A stretch of DNA of 64,000 nucleotides from Octopus sinensis (lineage: Eukaryota). Shown piece by piece: positions 10,967-23,337 of the stretch. Numbering within the stretch: position 1 is the stretch's first letter; the number at the start of each line of letters is the position of its first letter. The notes under the pieces were generated by a model, which had not been told where the DNA came from, made no database searches, and saw only the letters and a list, made by a program, of their open reading frames with translations. The stretch is from contig NC_043023.1 of the NCBI RefSeq assembly GCF_006345805.1, forward strand, positions 15,562,001 through 15,626,000. The letters are read 5' to 3'. Made by a program: the position numbers and the translations under genes.

Positions 10967-12023
10967 GATAGGTTCCCCTATTTTCTTTCATGTATCCATA
11001 TTTATTATTGAAATATCACTTCCAGTATCGAACTGAAGTTTAATATTTATTCCAATCATTTTTACGTGTACAAATTTTCTTATTTGGGAGTCGAATTTTG
11101 TTTCTGTTGAGAGCCCTCTAGGATCTTTAATGGTTGATCTTCAGAATTTAGTTCTGCAGTGTGAATTTCTGTATATTCAGTTGTTGTAAGGCCTTGTACC
11201 AAAAGAAGACACCTGAACATCTCAGGTGTAAATTCTCTGAGTTTAAAAATATGCACACATCCTGTCAATTGTTCCTGCGTATGTGATAAAATCACCATCC
11301 TCTTTTTTCATTATATTCCAAAACACCATCCAAGTGTTAGAGAAGTTTTATCACCGAATATGTTAGACAGTAATTCTATTGTTTCTTTAAAACAAATTTC
11401 ATTGAGTTTTTTTGGGTAATATGAAATTAAAGTAATGTTCATACTCAGATGGGGCTCATTTATGTCATAATAACCATACTTTTTCTGTGTCTGACCATGT
11501 CTTACAATCATCCTTAAAAATTACCTGCTGTAGTATAATGCAAGTTATACCGTCCTCTGGGTTATAACTGAATTCATCGAGTCCAAAACGTCGTCTGGCG
11601 AGAATGTACTTCCCTTATTTTTGGACTTCTTTGAATAAAGCTCCAATAATTGTTGTTGTTGCTGCCTTTGTCGTTGATTTTGCAACAGTTTTAAAGAAGC
11701 TAATTAGTCTTCCATGATTTAACAATTTTGTATCACAAAAATTTGTTAACTGACCTGCAAGAGCTTCGAAACTCTCATCGCCAGATGTTGTAACATAATT
11801 GTTCCGTACAACAAATAAGATAACCAGAAAATTATAACAACAATCTAATGAACTAACAAATCTTTTACGAACCAACATTCAATATTCCTTAGGAAGTAAA
11901 CCAAGCGACACCTTCCGACTTCACTTGACTCTGAACCGTAAACCCACTCAGATTGTAACTATTTATACTTTACTCGGACCAGTCTATCTCTCACAAGGGG
12001 ACATGGTAACTCTCATCACAACA
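10967..12023 (-). mobile_element. Ty3/Gypsy LTR retrotransposon 5' remnant (LTR 11786-12023, PBS, decayed gag, protease)
   Basis: LTR bounded by TGTTGT..ACAACA; decayed gag (..FTPEMFRCLLLVQGLT..) and protease KLQFDTGSD; inverted copy of 29844-30900. Confidence 0.8.
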
Positions 12024-12539
12024 GGTGCCATTCTAACCAGATGCCCATCATAAATCCCTGCTTGGTGTCTGGTAAGAACAAGACCCTGAAAACCTGCTCT
12101 ACAGAATGATTTAGCAAAAAATAAGTATGATGATAATCCCTTGCATGGGTTGAGCGGGGATGTGCTTGAACCATAGGTAGAGTGGGGCATTAGGCTCTTG
12201 AAAAATATTTCCCTCTCTACACCCAGAACTGTAACAAACAGCAATAAGCCTCCAGCTAGTGCCAGAATATGTGGGCAGTAGCACAAAGGGTGCAGATCCT
12301 GGGATCCCTGAGTGTGTCCAGCAGAGGATAACTGATCATGGCTGGGAAACTGGAGTGTAATACATTTGTGTCAAAATAATATATCCTCAAGAAACAGACC
12401 AAATTAATATAATCAATATTGTTTGAATAAAAACACAAATCGTAATTAGTGAGTTGATGCAAATGAGGAAAATGTGAAAAATGAATTTATTTTGTAAAAA
12501 GTAATACATTTGCTGTATTTTATTCAGCAGGACATCTGT

Positions 12540-12885
12540 TTTATCATTGATATTGTTATTGATCAATATGAATAAGTATATGTTTAGTTAAGGTAGATTA
12601 TTGAGAGAATGATTTAGCACAGATTACACAGTGATACGATTTCTCTCCTGTATGAATGGATTTGTGATGAGTTCAATATTGTTCCACAGAGAATGATTTA
12701 CCTCAGGTATCACAGCAATAGAGTTTCTCTCCTGTATGAATACGTTTATAAGTATATACAGCATATTCCTGAGAGAATGATTTGCTGCAGACATCACAGT
12801 CACATAGTTTCTCTCCAGTATGAGCAGACTTGTAATTAATTAAATAATTTCTTAAACGGAATAATTTACTGCAGATACTACAGTG
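12540..12885 (-). repeat. Fossil zinc-finger tail downstream of the ZNF-2 stop
   Basis: 84-nt periodic degenerate finger/linker sequence beyond the shared TAG. Confidence 0.7.
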
Positions 12886-14314
12886 CTATGGTTTGTCCCC
12901 TGTATTAATGCATTTGTGTCTATTTAAGTACCTTTTTTGAGAGAATGATTCATCACAGATATCACACTGATATGGTTTCTCACCTGTATGAACTGATTTG
13001 TGATATGTAAGGTGACCTTTTTGAGAGAATGATTTACCACAAATATCACATTTATATGGTTTCTCTCCTGTATGAGTGTATTTGTGATAAGTAAGGCCTC
13101 TCCTTCGAATGAACGATTTACCACAAATATCACACTGATATCGTCTCTCATGAGCATGAGTGACTTCGTGAGTAGTTAAATAACTTTTTGATGAAAAGGA
13201 TTTATCACAGATATCACACTGATATGGTTTCTCACCTGTATGAACTGATTTGTGAGTAGTAAGGTTACATTTTTGAGAGAATGATTTACCACAAATATCG
13301 CAGTGATGTGGCTTCTCACGTGTATGTCTACGTTTGTGAGTAGTTAAATGACTTTTTAATGAAAAAGATTTATCACAGATATCACACTGATATTGTTTCT
13401 CACCTGTATGAACTGATTTGTGATAAGTAAGGTGACCTTTTTGAGAGAATGATTTACCACAAATATCACAGTGATATGGTTTCTCTCCTGTATGAGTGTA
13501 TTTGTGATAAGTAAGGCCTCTCGTTGAGTGAATGATTTACCACAAATATCACAGGGATATGGCCTTCATGAGTATGAATGAGTTTCGTGATATTTAAATG
13601 CCTTTTTGATGAAAAAGATTTCTTACAGTGATATGGTTTTCTCTCCTGTATGAATGGTTATGAGAATTTACAGTGCTCATGTAGAGAATGATTTATCACA
13701 GATATCACAGTGATATGGTTTTCTCTCCTGTATGATGTATTTGTGTCTATAAGGGTATATTTTTTTAGGAATGATTTACCACAAATATCACACTGATATG
13801 GTTTCTCTCCACTTCTTTGAGAGAATGATTTACCACAAATATCACACCGATATGGTTTCTCACCTGTATGAATGTATTTGTGAGAATAAAGGCTACTTTT
13901 TTGAGAGAATGATTTACCACAAACATCACACTGATGTGGTTTCTCTCCTGTATGAATGTGTTTGTGAGAATCAAGGGAACTTCTATGAGAGAATGATTTA
14001 CCGCAAATACAACATTGATATGGTTTCTCTCCTGTATGAATGGATTTGTGTTTAGTAAGGTTATATTTTTTAGAGAATGAGTTACCACAGATATCACAGT
14101 GATGTGGTTTCTCTCCAGTATGAGTGTATTTGTGATGAGTAAGGTGCCTTTTTCGAGAGAATGATTTACCACAAATATCACAGTAATATTTCTTTCCACC
14201 TGGATCAATACATTTGTGAACAGTGAGATTTCCTTTATTAGAAAAAGTCTTTTTACAGATATCACATTGGTCTGATAACTTTTCTCTTTCTTTTAACATC
14301 TCCAGACTATTCAT
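12886..14314 (-). pseudogene. C2H2 ZNF-2, multiple internal deletions and frameshifts
   Basis: [22 protein letters not shown]...; a finger is deleted at QRS|GEKP and the frame is lost after ~13740; shared TAG at 12886-12888. Confidence 0.85.
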
Positions 14315-14372
14315 ATTGTTCTATAGTATACAGACAGAAAATATATTTTCCCCTTCTTCTTTATATATATCT

Positions 14373-14693
14373 CATTGATATGGTTTCTCTCCTGTATGAT
14401 GGCTTTGTGTTATATGATTTATATTGGGGTATTTGTAGAGAACTTAGTTTACCACCATCGATATCACAGTGATTGGTTTTTTCCTCACATTATGAGTGGA
14501 TTTGTGATGAGTAAAGGTACTTTTTTGAGAGAATGATTTATCACAAATATCACAGTAATATTTCATATTTCTTTCCACCTGGATCAATACATTGTGAACA
14601 GTGAGATTTCCCTTATTATAAAAAGTCTTTTTACAGATATCACATTGGGTCTGATAACTTTTCTCTTTCTTTTAACATTTCCAGACTATTCAT
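14373..14693 (-). pseudogene. Tandem duplicate of the ZNF-2 leader and first ~3 fingers (frameshifted)
   Basis: Second ATG AAT AGT CTG GAA ATG TTA AAA at 14693 with an extra C before the first Cys; indel-rich fingers follow. Confidence 0.7.
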
Positions 14694-15799
14694 TATTGTT
14701 CTGTAGTATACAGACAGAACTATATTTCCCCCTTCTTCTTTATATATTCTTCTACTGCAAATCTGATCTTGAATATCTGAAAATGATACAAACACCTTTC
14801 CAGATTTTCTCACATTCAAACACAATGTGAAATACTTTTGTAAATTTCCTGGCAATGAGGAAAACAATTGTTGCTATTAATTCAGAAGAAATATTTCACC
14901 GTTATTCACCAGAGATATATATATAAAGAGTTATTATCTATTAATTTAACGGCTGACATCTTTTTCAAAACTGATCAATATTCTGATGTATCTCAATCTC
15001 ACGTAAAACTCCTTTATACGAGTATCTGAAATGACACAGAAACAGTAGAAGATATAGGAAAGACTTAAAAAGCAAAGGTTTAACAATAAAAATTATAACT
15101 ACATTTTCATAATGATAAACTGTGGATATAACTTTTGCCCGAATAAATTACACTTTAAAATGATACTCATGACACAAGACATTACTTTCTGTCTATATGA
15201 CCTGAGTCATAAATCTAATACTTTCTCTAGTTTAGTTTCAATGCACCCAAACAAACAAAAGGAAAAGCAGTGTAAATAACGGATAGAGTCAAAACTATTG
15301 AAAAGGTTGCAAGACGCAATGAAAATTTTAGGAAAAAAGGAAATAAGTAAGAAATAACTGCAAAATTTTACCGATGAGTGTGCTAAATTATAAGGCATCA
15401 ACCACAGTGAAAATTTTGTTGATCCAACAAATGCGTCGGTGCACATACAACGATAGAGAGATTGTGGGGGTCAGTTAAGAGATCAGTTGTTCGCCAGGCA
15501 TTCGTGCCTGTTACTTAAAGCAATACCTCTCCAGTTCCTATTTATGGAAAGCATCAAACCTGCTGCCAAGAGAATACACGTATTCTTATTGGCAGCAGCA
15601 AGTCTTTATCCTGAAGAATTTTTCCTCCAACCCATCTCATTTCTTTATCATCACTGTCGATGGACCACTCAAAGAGGTATGTATACATTATTTTTCGTAA
15701 CATAATTCTGTAGTATTTCAAGATGTTTCTGACACGTATTTTGATTCATATGGCGAAGATCTGACATTCTTCACTTTTTCCACTTTTCTTTTTTTTTTT

Positions 15800-16195
15800 T
15801 TTTTGCGAAATATGTACAAAAATACGGAGTTTATGATTCATGTGTGAGTGTGTGTTCTTGATACTCGTTTAGAACAAGTAGTTTTTACACCATTACACTA
15901 TTTTTTCTTAGTTTAAAGGCCGTGGACTGAAGATGTGAAATTTCCGAAGCCTCTCTCCCCCCCCACCCACCTTTCACTATGAGCGCGCATTTTTTTTTTT
16001 GTTCGTTTAGGCAATTTGTTTTCCCCTCATTACGCTATTTTGTTTTTGTGCCCGGGTCAGACGTTTCGGAAATTCCCGATGTAAATTCCGAGGCCTCTCC
16101 CCTACTCCCCTTTCGCGAGTGCGCATTTTTTTTGTCATATTCGTTCATATTTTTTTTTGTTTCTTTGAATGGTGTAACGCTTTATTTTAACCGTT
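15800..16195. repeat. Unclassified repeat with ~130-155 bp CpG/poly-C tandem subunits; longer copy 36480-37056, shorter 61725-62017
   Basis: Begins gcgaaatacggagtttatgattcatgtgtgag; units contain ccgaggcctctcccccaccccc...cgcg; ends ..ttaaccg in all three copies. Confidence 0.6.
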
Positions 16196-17672
16196 AATTC
16201 TATTCGCCAATAAATGTCTTTAATTAAGCCAAGAAACTTTGGATTTTACTTGGCATGGCCATGAAAAAGCACCGAATTTTTACCTTTTTTTTTTTATTAC
16301 AGTAGATATTCCATTTGCTGACTGTGTCGATTCAAAGCCGTCTATTGATTTATCATAGAGGTATTATTTGCTAACATCTATATTTGCTGTTCCTGTCGAA
16401 ATAGTCCACGTTAATTATGTCTGATTTTTGCTCATGTGAATAATCTGCAATCTAATAAAACAGAAATAGCTGACTGCAACATGAGGCCAGTGGTACCGCG
16501 ATGAAAATAAAATACACAAACGTATTCAACACATGTGAATGCAGATTTCTTTAAAAGATTTACATTATTAATAAGGTTACAAAGGAAAAGTCGTGGTGGG
16601 TTGGTGTTTTAAATTATACTTGTGTTTATGTTTGATGTATTCTAAAAGTCAGGACAGTCGGGAACACAAGCGAATTTCATTAAGAGGTCTGCTCAATCAG
16701 GGATGACCTTGGGCTAAAAAACAGTGACTTGCCACGTTTCTGAAGATAATAGAATATTATTGTCCACCGTTTTGTAGTTTAACATTTTCATAATATCTGA
16801 AGGTGGAGGGGTTAAACTAAAGCGTTACACCAGGGTTTAAACTAACAGCGTTACACCATTCAAAGAACAACAAAAAAAATGTGTGTAATAGGTGTAAAAA
16901 ACAACCCAATGTGGTTAGCCATGGATGGCTTCTAAACTTCCTTTAGTTTAACCGAATTAACATCGATGTCAAACTAGCAACTTTTAAACTTTTTACTTTT
17001 CTTTGTTGTTCGAATTAGCCAGGTAATCGGCTTCTGCTAAAAAATAAAATTTTATATATTACATCTTACCTGTTTTGATAAGTAGATCATATGTTACGAT
17101 AATTAGATTAATGTGAATTAATGTTAATTACACAAAAGAGCAATTAACGGGAATGTAGTTTAAAGGACACTAAAAGTCGGCATGGAAAGTCAACGAAACG
17201 AACTAAAATCCTGATGTTGTATACCTCGTATACTACACATTTGTCGGATGCTAAAACTGAGTTGGTAAAGTTTATGTTTTATTATTGCTATAATTACTAT
17301 TTAAAATTTGAATTGTAAGAAAAAAGATCCCAAATGATGGATAAAGATACAAAAACTAAAGCTTATTTTCCAGTCGATTGCTACTTTTACGCTGTTCTGT
17401 CGTCGAACCCGTAAGTTACAGGGACGGAAAGAAACGAATACAGCTTATCAGAGTGATGTTGGATGAGGATAGGGGGAAAGATGCAGGCATCAGTGTTCGA
17501 AAACCATTGTTGGTTTGTTTATATTCCAGTAACTTAGTTGTGCAATGGAAGAGGGCGGGGGTAAAGAATACGCACACCACCCGTTTACGGTGTAAGCCTA
17601 GCCCATGCGTCGCAGGAGGCGGAAGAGGTCAAGCAGGACGCACGTGTGGTCATCGACGAAGCGACAGGACGT

Positions 17673-19375
17673 CGGTTGTGTTTTTTTTACGCTCGTGAAA
17701 TTTGGTAAAAAAGAACAAAAAGTGAGTGGGAAAATTGTTGTTGTTGTGGAATTTTGTACGTTTGTTGATGCGGTTTCGCGTTACACTGGTTCTACGCGTT
17801 GCACTGTTTCTGTTCGGGCGGCCGTTTCGGTCTGTCAGACGGAGGAGATGGACGACCACTCCTAGTGGAGGAGTCGGAGGAAGAATGGATATTTGAGAAC
17901 TTGTCGGAGACATCGACCTCTGAAGACGAGCAAATCGGTGATGTAAATAATGTGGAGATAAAAAACAGGAAAACGTACGCAGGAGTTGCAAAAAAGAAGA
18001 CGGCACAGGAAAAGGAAATAAACCTAGAAAAATTGCCAGGTTTCCAGAGGTATATGAGGAAGGACAGCGGTGAGGTGGAACTAACGCCACCACCAAAGAG
18101 AAAAGAATGGTTGGAGAAAAGGATCATCATATACAGGGTATTCGCAAGCGGAACGAAAAAGATAGAAGTGGTGAATATGGAGTGGATAAATGAGGCGCTA
18201 AGAAGAACGGAAGAGGAAATCGATTTCTGTCGAGAGGTTCAAAACATGGTACTGTAGTAGTACAGTTCAAAAGTGAGAAGGCAGCAAGGAAGATGGCGGC
18301 GAAGGCGGTGGGTGAAATCCGAGAGAGGTAATACTTTTGCCTACGTATTTAAATAGAAAAATCAAAGAGTAAGGGTCGAGGGAATAGCCCCAAACGTTGA
18401 AGCCGAGTGGATTGTGGCGGCTATAATTAGCGGCCACGAGGATGAAGTGGACATCCTCCATGCCTCGGTTAAGACCGAGGGCTGGAGAGGCGTGACAGTG
18501 GAACTAAATGTGCAGGCAGAGAACGATGTACTTGGTGGACCTAACAGGAACATCAGATTGGGAGACGTGATCATGAGAGTGTGGGTGGAGGGCAGGGCGC
18601 CCAGGTGCTATAAGTGTGGCCTGAGGGGTCACATAAGAGCCTACTGCCCTCCCCACAAAAAAGAAAACAGTGATCCAGGAAGCGGAGGAGGAAACGGAGC
18701 GGAAAAGTTGAAGCGGAAGAACCTGAGGAGGAGAAGGAAATCCAAACTGAGTGGGAAGACGTACGGAAAAAAAGAAAAAGAAAGAAAGTGAACTTTATTG
18801 AATCCAATCCACCCCAACACCACCCGCACCCTCTGAGCCCCATCCTTCCCTGCAAAAAAGAGCCCACCCATTCCCCACCTACAAGAAAACCTAAAAACAC
18901 AGACACACAGATGATACAAGAGCCCATACTTATGTTTATTAAAAAAGGAAGACAATGTGAAGCCGACAAGTATCTTTGGTGAAAAATCATGGTATGAGGG
19001 AGAAGATGGAAGACATGGCGATGATGAAATGAAAGGTGAATGAAATAATGGACGCAAGGAAGATTTTGTCGGAAAAAAAGGGTGTAGAAGCGATTGAGGT
19101 GGAATTTCGGATGAGAAGATAAAAGAGTGTGAAGAGATATTTGAGATAGTATTAGGAAAGGAGGGGCTTTTGATTGGAGATGATAGGTGACGAAGGGTTG
19201 TGAAGGACAGGTAAGTGATGCTGGCGGATGGGGCCGTTAGCATCGCTTTCATATTACCATTTTTTCATTTAAAATTCATTTTTCATATTATTAATTATAA
19301 TGTTCTATGTCCCCAATGTTTTGTAATGTCCCCTCTGCATCGCCCCTTGTGGGTAATAAAAAAATCAGAGACGAG
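17673..19375 (+). mobile_element. gag/ORF1-only retro-element (decayed RNA-binding ORF with one CCHC knuckle, no endonuclease or RT)
   Basis: Frameshifted ORF from ~17848: TYAGVAKK..GTVVVQFKSE..LLPTYLNRK..RVEGIAPN..VEGRAPR-CYKCGLRGHIRAYC (18606-18647). 15-bp direct repeats gaagcgacaggacgt at 17658-17672 and 19376-19390. A-rich 3' end. Confidence 0.65.
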
Positions 19376-19574
19376 GAAGCGACAGGACGTGTCAAATTCG
19401 TAAGAGACCTCGGATCTTCGCCGAGGTAAGGCCTTTTGTATTTCTTCCTCTCTTTGCTTCTCCATCTGTTTTCCTCTTCATTCATCACACTACACATACG
19501 CATATACGTACATACATTCACACATACGCACATTCATTCATACGCACATACATACATTCATACATACACACATC

Positions 19575-19803
19575 CATGCATGCATACATACAGAACGTTG
19601 TTTACCTCAATGGACATCATTGATTGGTTAAAATTGCAGAAATTGAAGAAAAAAACCAACAAACATCTTAGAAACTAGAATTTTCTCAATAAAGCCAAGA
19701 GAAAAAGATGTTTTATAAACACATTCTACCAGTATACGAAATTTAAAATTTTTTAGTTACGTGGAAATTATGTTAAAAACTGCCGGTCAAACCGAAAAGA
19801 TCC
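19575..19803. mobile_element. Right half of a family B MITE (..tcaaaccgaaaagatcc)
   Basis: Shared subterminal motif and GATCC end. Confidence 0.65.
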
Positions 19804-20919
19804 TAAATTCTTTCTAGAGTAGTTCGAAGAATTAGTTAGAAAATTCAATACTTGTCCTTCTTTTCAAGTAAACTCTTAGCAGAAAAAGAATCAGAAAAAT
19901 GCCTTTTATCACACGCCTTCTTAAAAAGAATGGCGGTGCCCCAGCATGGCCACAGCTCGTGAGCTGAAACTAGTTGAAAATACATAAATAAAACTAAGGG
20001 AGGTCTCTCCCGTTTTTATTTCTAATACTCTTTAAACGATTGAATTTGGATTTAATGAAAATAATACTGAATAAGACTTTGCGAGTCAGCTTTACATAAT
20101 TTCTTGGGTATTGGTTAGAAAACAACCCACGGGTTTCTCACCTTAACCTTAAAAAGAAATAAACGAAGAACAACACTACAGGTTTAAAGAGGAGATCGTA
20201 AGAGTAGCAAAAAACCTGAAAATAAGTAGTCAGCATATACTTTTGTATTTTTTGCCATTATTCGGGGTTTTTTCATTATAATTTACATTTCGTAAACGTA
20301 ATTATAGCAATAAAAACCATTAAAAATTTACCACTTCAGTTTTAGCATCCGACAAATGCGTAGTAATAGGACGGATACAATATTCAGATTTTAGTTCGTT
20401 TCGTTGACGTTCCGTGTTGATTTTTCTAAAGTGCCTTTAAATTATATTTCCCGCCAGATCGATGCTTTCTGTAATTAAAGTTAATTCATATTATGGGGAA
20501 TATTCATAATGGGGAATAAAATACAGCAATTGTATTACTTTTTGAGACTAATAAATTTTTTACATTTTCCTCAACTCATTAATTATGATGTGTGTGGTTT
20601 TCATTCAAACAATTTAATTACATTAATTTGCTGTTTTCTTGTGGATATATTATTCCGACACCATTGTATCACATTCCAGTTCCCAACGATGATCAGTTGT
20701 TCTCTGCTGGACATGCTTAGGCTATCCCACAATCCGCAGCCTATAATCTAACGAACAATATGTGTCCATAGCTTGTACTGGGTACACTACATGGAGTTTC
20801 TCCTGACATCTTTTCTTATGCCGAGCAGGGTCATCTCTCTGATAAGATCTGTCTTTGGTCTTTGCTAAATTTACTGTATAGTTTTTCAATCCAGATCTTG
20901 CTTCCATACCTGAAATTTG

Positions 20920-21694
20920 GGATCTTTTCCTTTTGAACGGCAGTTTTCAACACAATTTCTAGTTAACTAAACACTTTTAAACTTCGTATACTATTAGAAT
21001 GTGTTTATAAAACATCATTTTTTCTTGGCTTTAATTGAGAAAATTCTGTAGGTTGTAAGATATTTCAAGTATTTTGGCAATTTTAACTAATCACTGCTCT
21101 CCATTTAGGTAAATAACATTCTGTGCATAATGAATATGTCCCTCCTTTAAGAAACAGATTGGGTTTATTTACATTTGTGAAGAAAAAAAAGATACCATTC
21201 CCCCACCCCGACCCTAAATCTAAATGAGATTGAAATGCAATAGATCGATACTAGGGCCATAATTATGGATGACAATTTCATACGACACCGCTACAGAAAG
21301 TGGGATTTTTTTCTAGCGGGTCAAATGAAAATGTCACCCATATTTATGGCCCTAGTATCGATCTATTGCATTTCAATCTATTTTAGAGTTAGGGTTAGGG
21401 GTGTGGGAAGGGTATCTTTTTTTCTTCACAAATGTAAATAAACCCAATCTGTTTCTTAAAGGAGGGACATATTCATACAGCACGGAATGTTTACCTAAAT
21501 AGACTCCAGCGATTGGTTAAAATTGCCAAAATACTCGAATTTTCTGACGAAATATCTTACAAACAATAGGATTTTCTCAATAAAGCCTAGAAAAATTGAT
21601 GTTTTATAAACACATTCTACCAGTATATGAAGTTTAAAAGTGTTTAGTTAACTAGAAATTATGTTACAAAGTGCCGTTCAAAAGCAAAAGATCC
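20920..21694. mobile_element. Family A MITE inserted in RTE with 8-bp TSD gaaatttg; inverted copy 58438-59204
   Basis: TSD at 20912-20919 and 21695-21702; the homologous RTE sequence without the MITE (single gaaatttg) is at 57364-57371. Confidence 0.9.
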
Positions 21695-21959
21695 GAAATT
21701 TGTTCTCTAATTTTGATAGGGATTCAGCAATAATAACTAGGTCATCAGCTTGGAAGAGATCCCAAGGGCAGCCAATCTTAAATTCCTCTGTTATTGCTTG
21801 CAGGACTATGATAAACAAGAGTGGGGTGAAAAACGATCCTTGGTGGACTCCTATTTTGACACTAAAATTCATGCTATACTCATTGGTGACATTTACCTTA
21901 CTGACAGCATCCCCATACATGGCTTTTGCATGTCTCACCAACCACTCATCTCTCCCTAA

Positions 21960-22316
21960 ACGACGATGCTGTGGTGATCTCATTCTTGCTCACAACATCA
22001 TAAGCAGAAAGTGTAACCTCTCGAAAGAGCTGTTCTTCACTCCTGCTCCAGAACGTCCACTGCGGGGTCACTACAAAAAGCTCTATCTACGACAATTTCA
22101 TCTCAATCGAAGGAGAGGGGCTTTCTCAGTCTGGGTTGCGGATCCGTGGAATAAGCTGCCGGATGAGATAGTGAAGATGCCGACGACCACTCGGTTCAAA
22201 GACCCTCTTGACCACAAATGGCTGAACTCTGTATGACCACTCTCCCTGTACATAACTCCATGTCCCCCTACATGGCCTTGCTTTTTGCTTTTTGAGCCAA
22301 AAAATTAACTTAACTT
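21960..22316 (+). mobile_element. CR1-clade LINE 3' fragment nested in the RTE; inverted copy ~57826-58175
   Basis: GDLILAHNI..LRGHYKKL..RRGAFS.RV..PWNKLP..FKDPLDHKW; short (AACTT)n tail; splits the RTE motif KL|GRDEW. Confidence 0.8.
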
Positions 22317-23337
22317 AGCTTCTCTATTGCTCACCAAATAATAGAGTAGGGGACTTTCTCCATGTCAACAAAATCCAAATGCAAAGATATATCTTTGAAC
22401 AAGTACTTCTGCTTTTGCCTCACCAGGAAGATAGCATCGCTGGTGCTTCTACTTGATACAATTCTACACCTTGATCCATGTAACTTATATTGATATTTGA
22501 GGAGACCTATTGAGTCAAGTACATTAACATCAAAAAATCAATTGAAATTGTAGTTGTGATATCTGTGCCAGTGGCAAGTAAAAAGCACCATCCGAACATG
22601 GCTGATGCCAGCACCACCTTGACTGGCTTCCATGCCGGTAAAAAGCACAACTGATCGTGGCCGGCATTATGTAGGAATTTAAGATTGGCTGCCCTTGGGA
22701 TCTCTTCCAAGCGGATGACCTTGTTATTATTGCTGAATCCCTACCACAATTAGAGAACAAATTTCAGGCATGGAAGCAAGATCTGGATTGAAAAACCATA
22801 CAGTAAATTTAGCAAAGACCAAAGACAGATCCTGTCAGGGAGATGGCCCTGCTCGGCAAAGAGAAAAAGGCATCCAGCCGTAGAAACACTGCCAGATCAG
22901 ACTGGAGCCTTGTGCAGCCATCTGGCTTCCCAGACCCCGATCAAACAGTCCAACCCATGCCATCAAGGTAAGCAGACATTAAACGATGATGATGATGCAG
23001 AAACGTTAGCAGGCCGGGCGAAATGCTTAGCGGTATTTCGTCTATATATATATGTAGCTATATCAAACTCCATTCTTCACGAAGTGCCACATATTGGAGG
23101 AGGTTCTTCGTAATAACAGTGTAGCACAAAACGGCAGTGCATCAGCATGGCCACAGCTCTGAGCTGAAACAAGAAGAAAAAAAAGTTGGTACCAAACAGA
23201 TAATCAACATTTTTAATGATGAAGACATTCTCCTTGCATGCTTTCAATTGAAATGTGACATATCCCTACATTTTGCCTATGAAATTTAATTTGTCACCCG
23301 TCATGCTACGAAGAAATTTTGCTGTTTTTCTCAACAT

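Larger units (their letters stand above)
2300..11008 (+). repeat. Segmental duplication unit (copy 1); direct copy at ~46210-55439, inverted copies at ~31.0-35.7 and 41.1-45.4 kb
   Basis: Colinear near-identity of unique sequence, MITEs, SINEs and the ZNF leader between copies, e.g. 4000-4600 vs 48270-48870; the direct match ends at ...ccatatttattat (11008 / 55439). Confidence 0.9.
20730..23000 (-). mobile_element. Rearranged RTE-clade LINE fragments (RT domain and 3' end), interrupted by a MITE and a CR1; inverted copy ~57140-59340
   Basis: DEWLVR..KIGVHQGS..PLLFIIVLQAITEEFK.GCPWDLF.ADDLVIIAES (RT core); FVDMEKAFDRVP in the 57.8 kb copy. Confidence 0.85.

Noticed and set aside
15480-15670. 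~65-codon open frame ending at a gtatgt donor-like site
   Set aside because: No identifiable homology from sequence alone; weak Helitron-like resemblance not convincing.
21661-22236. 191-aa ORF conserved at 57896-58471
   Set aside because: Chimera of a MITE end, antisense RTE and a CR1 C-terminus; conserved only because the block is duplicated.
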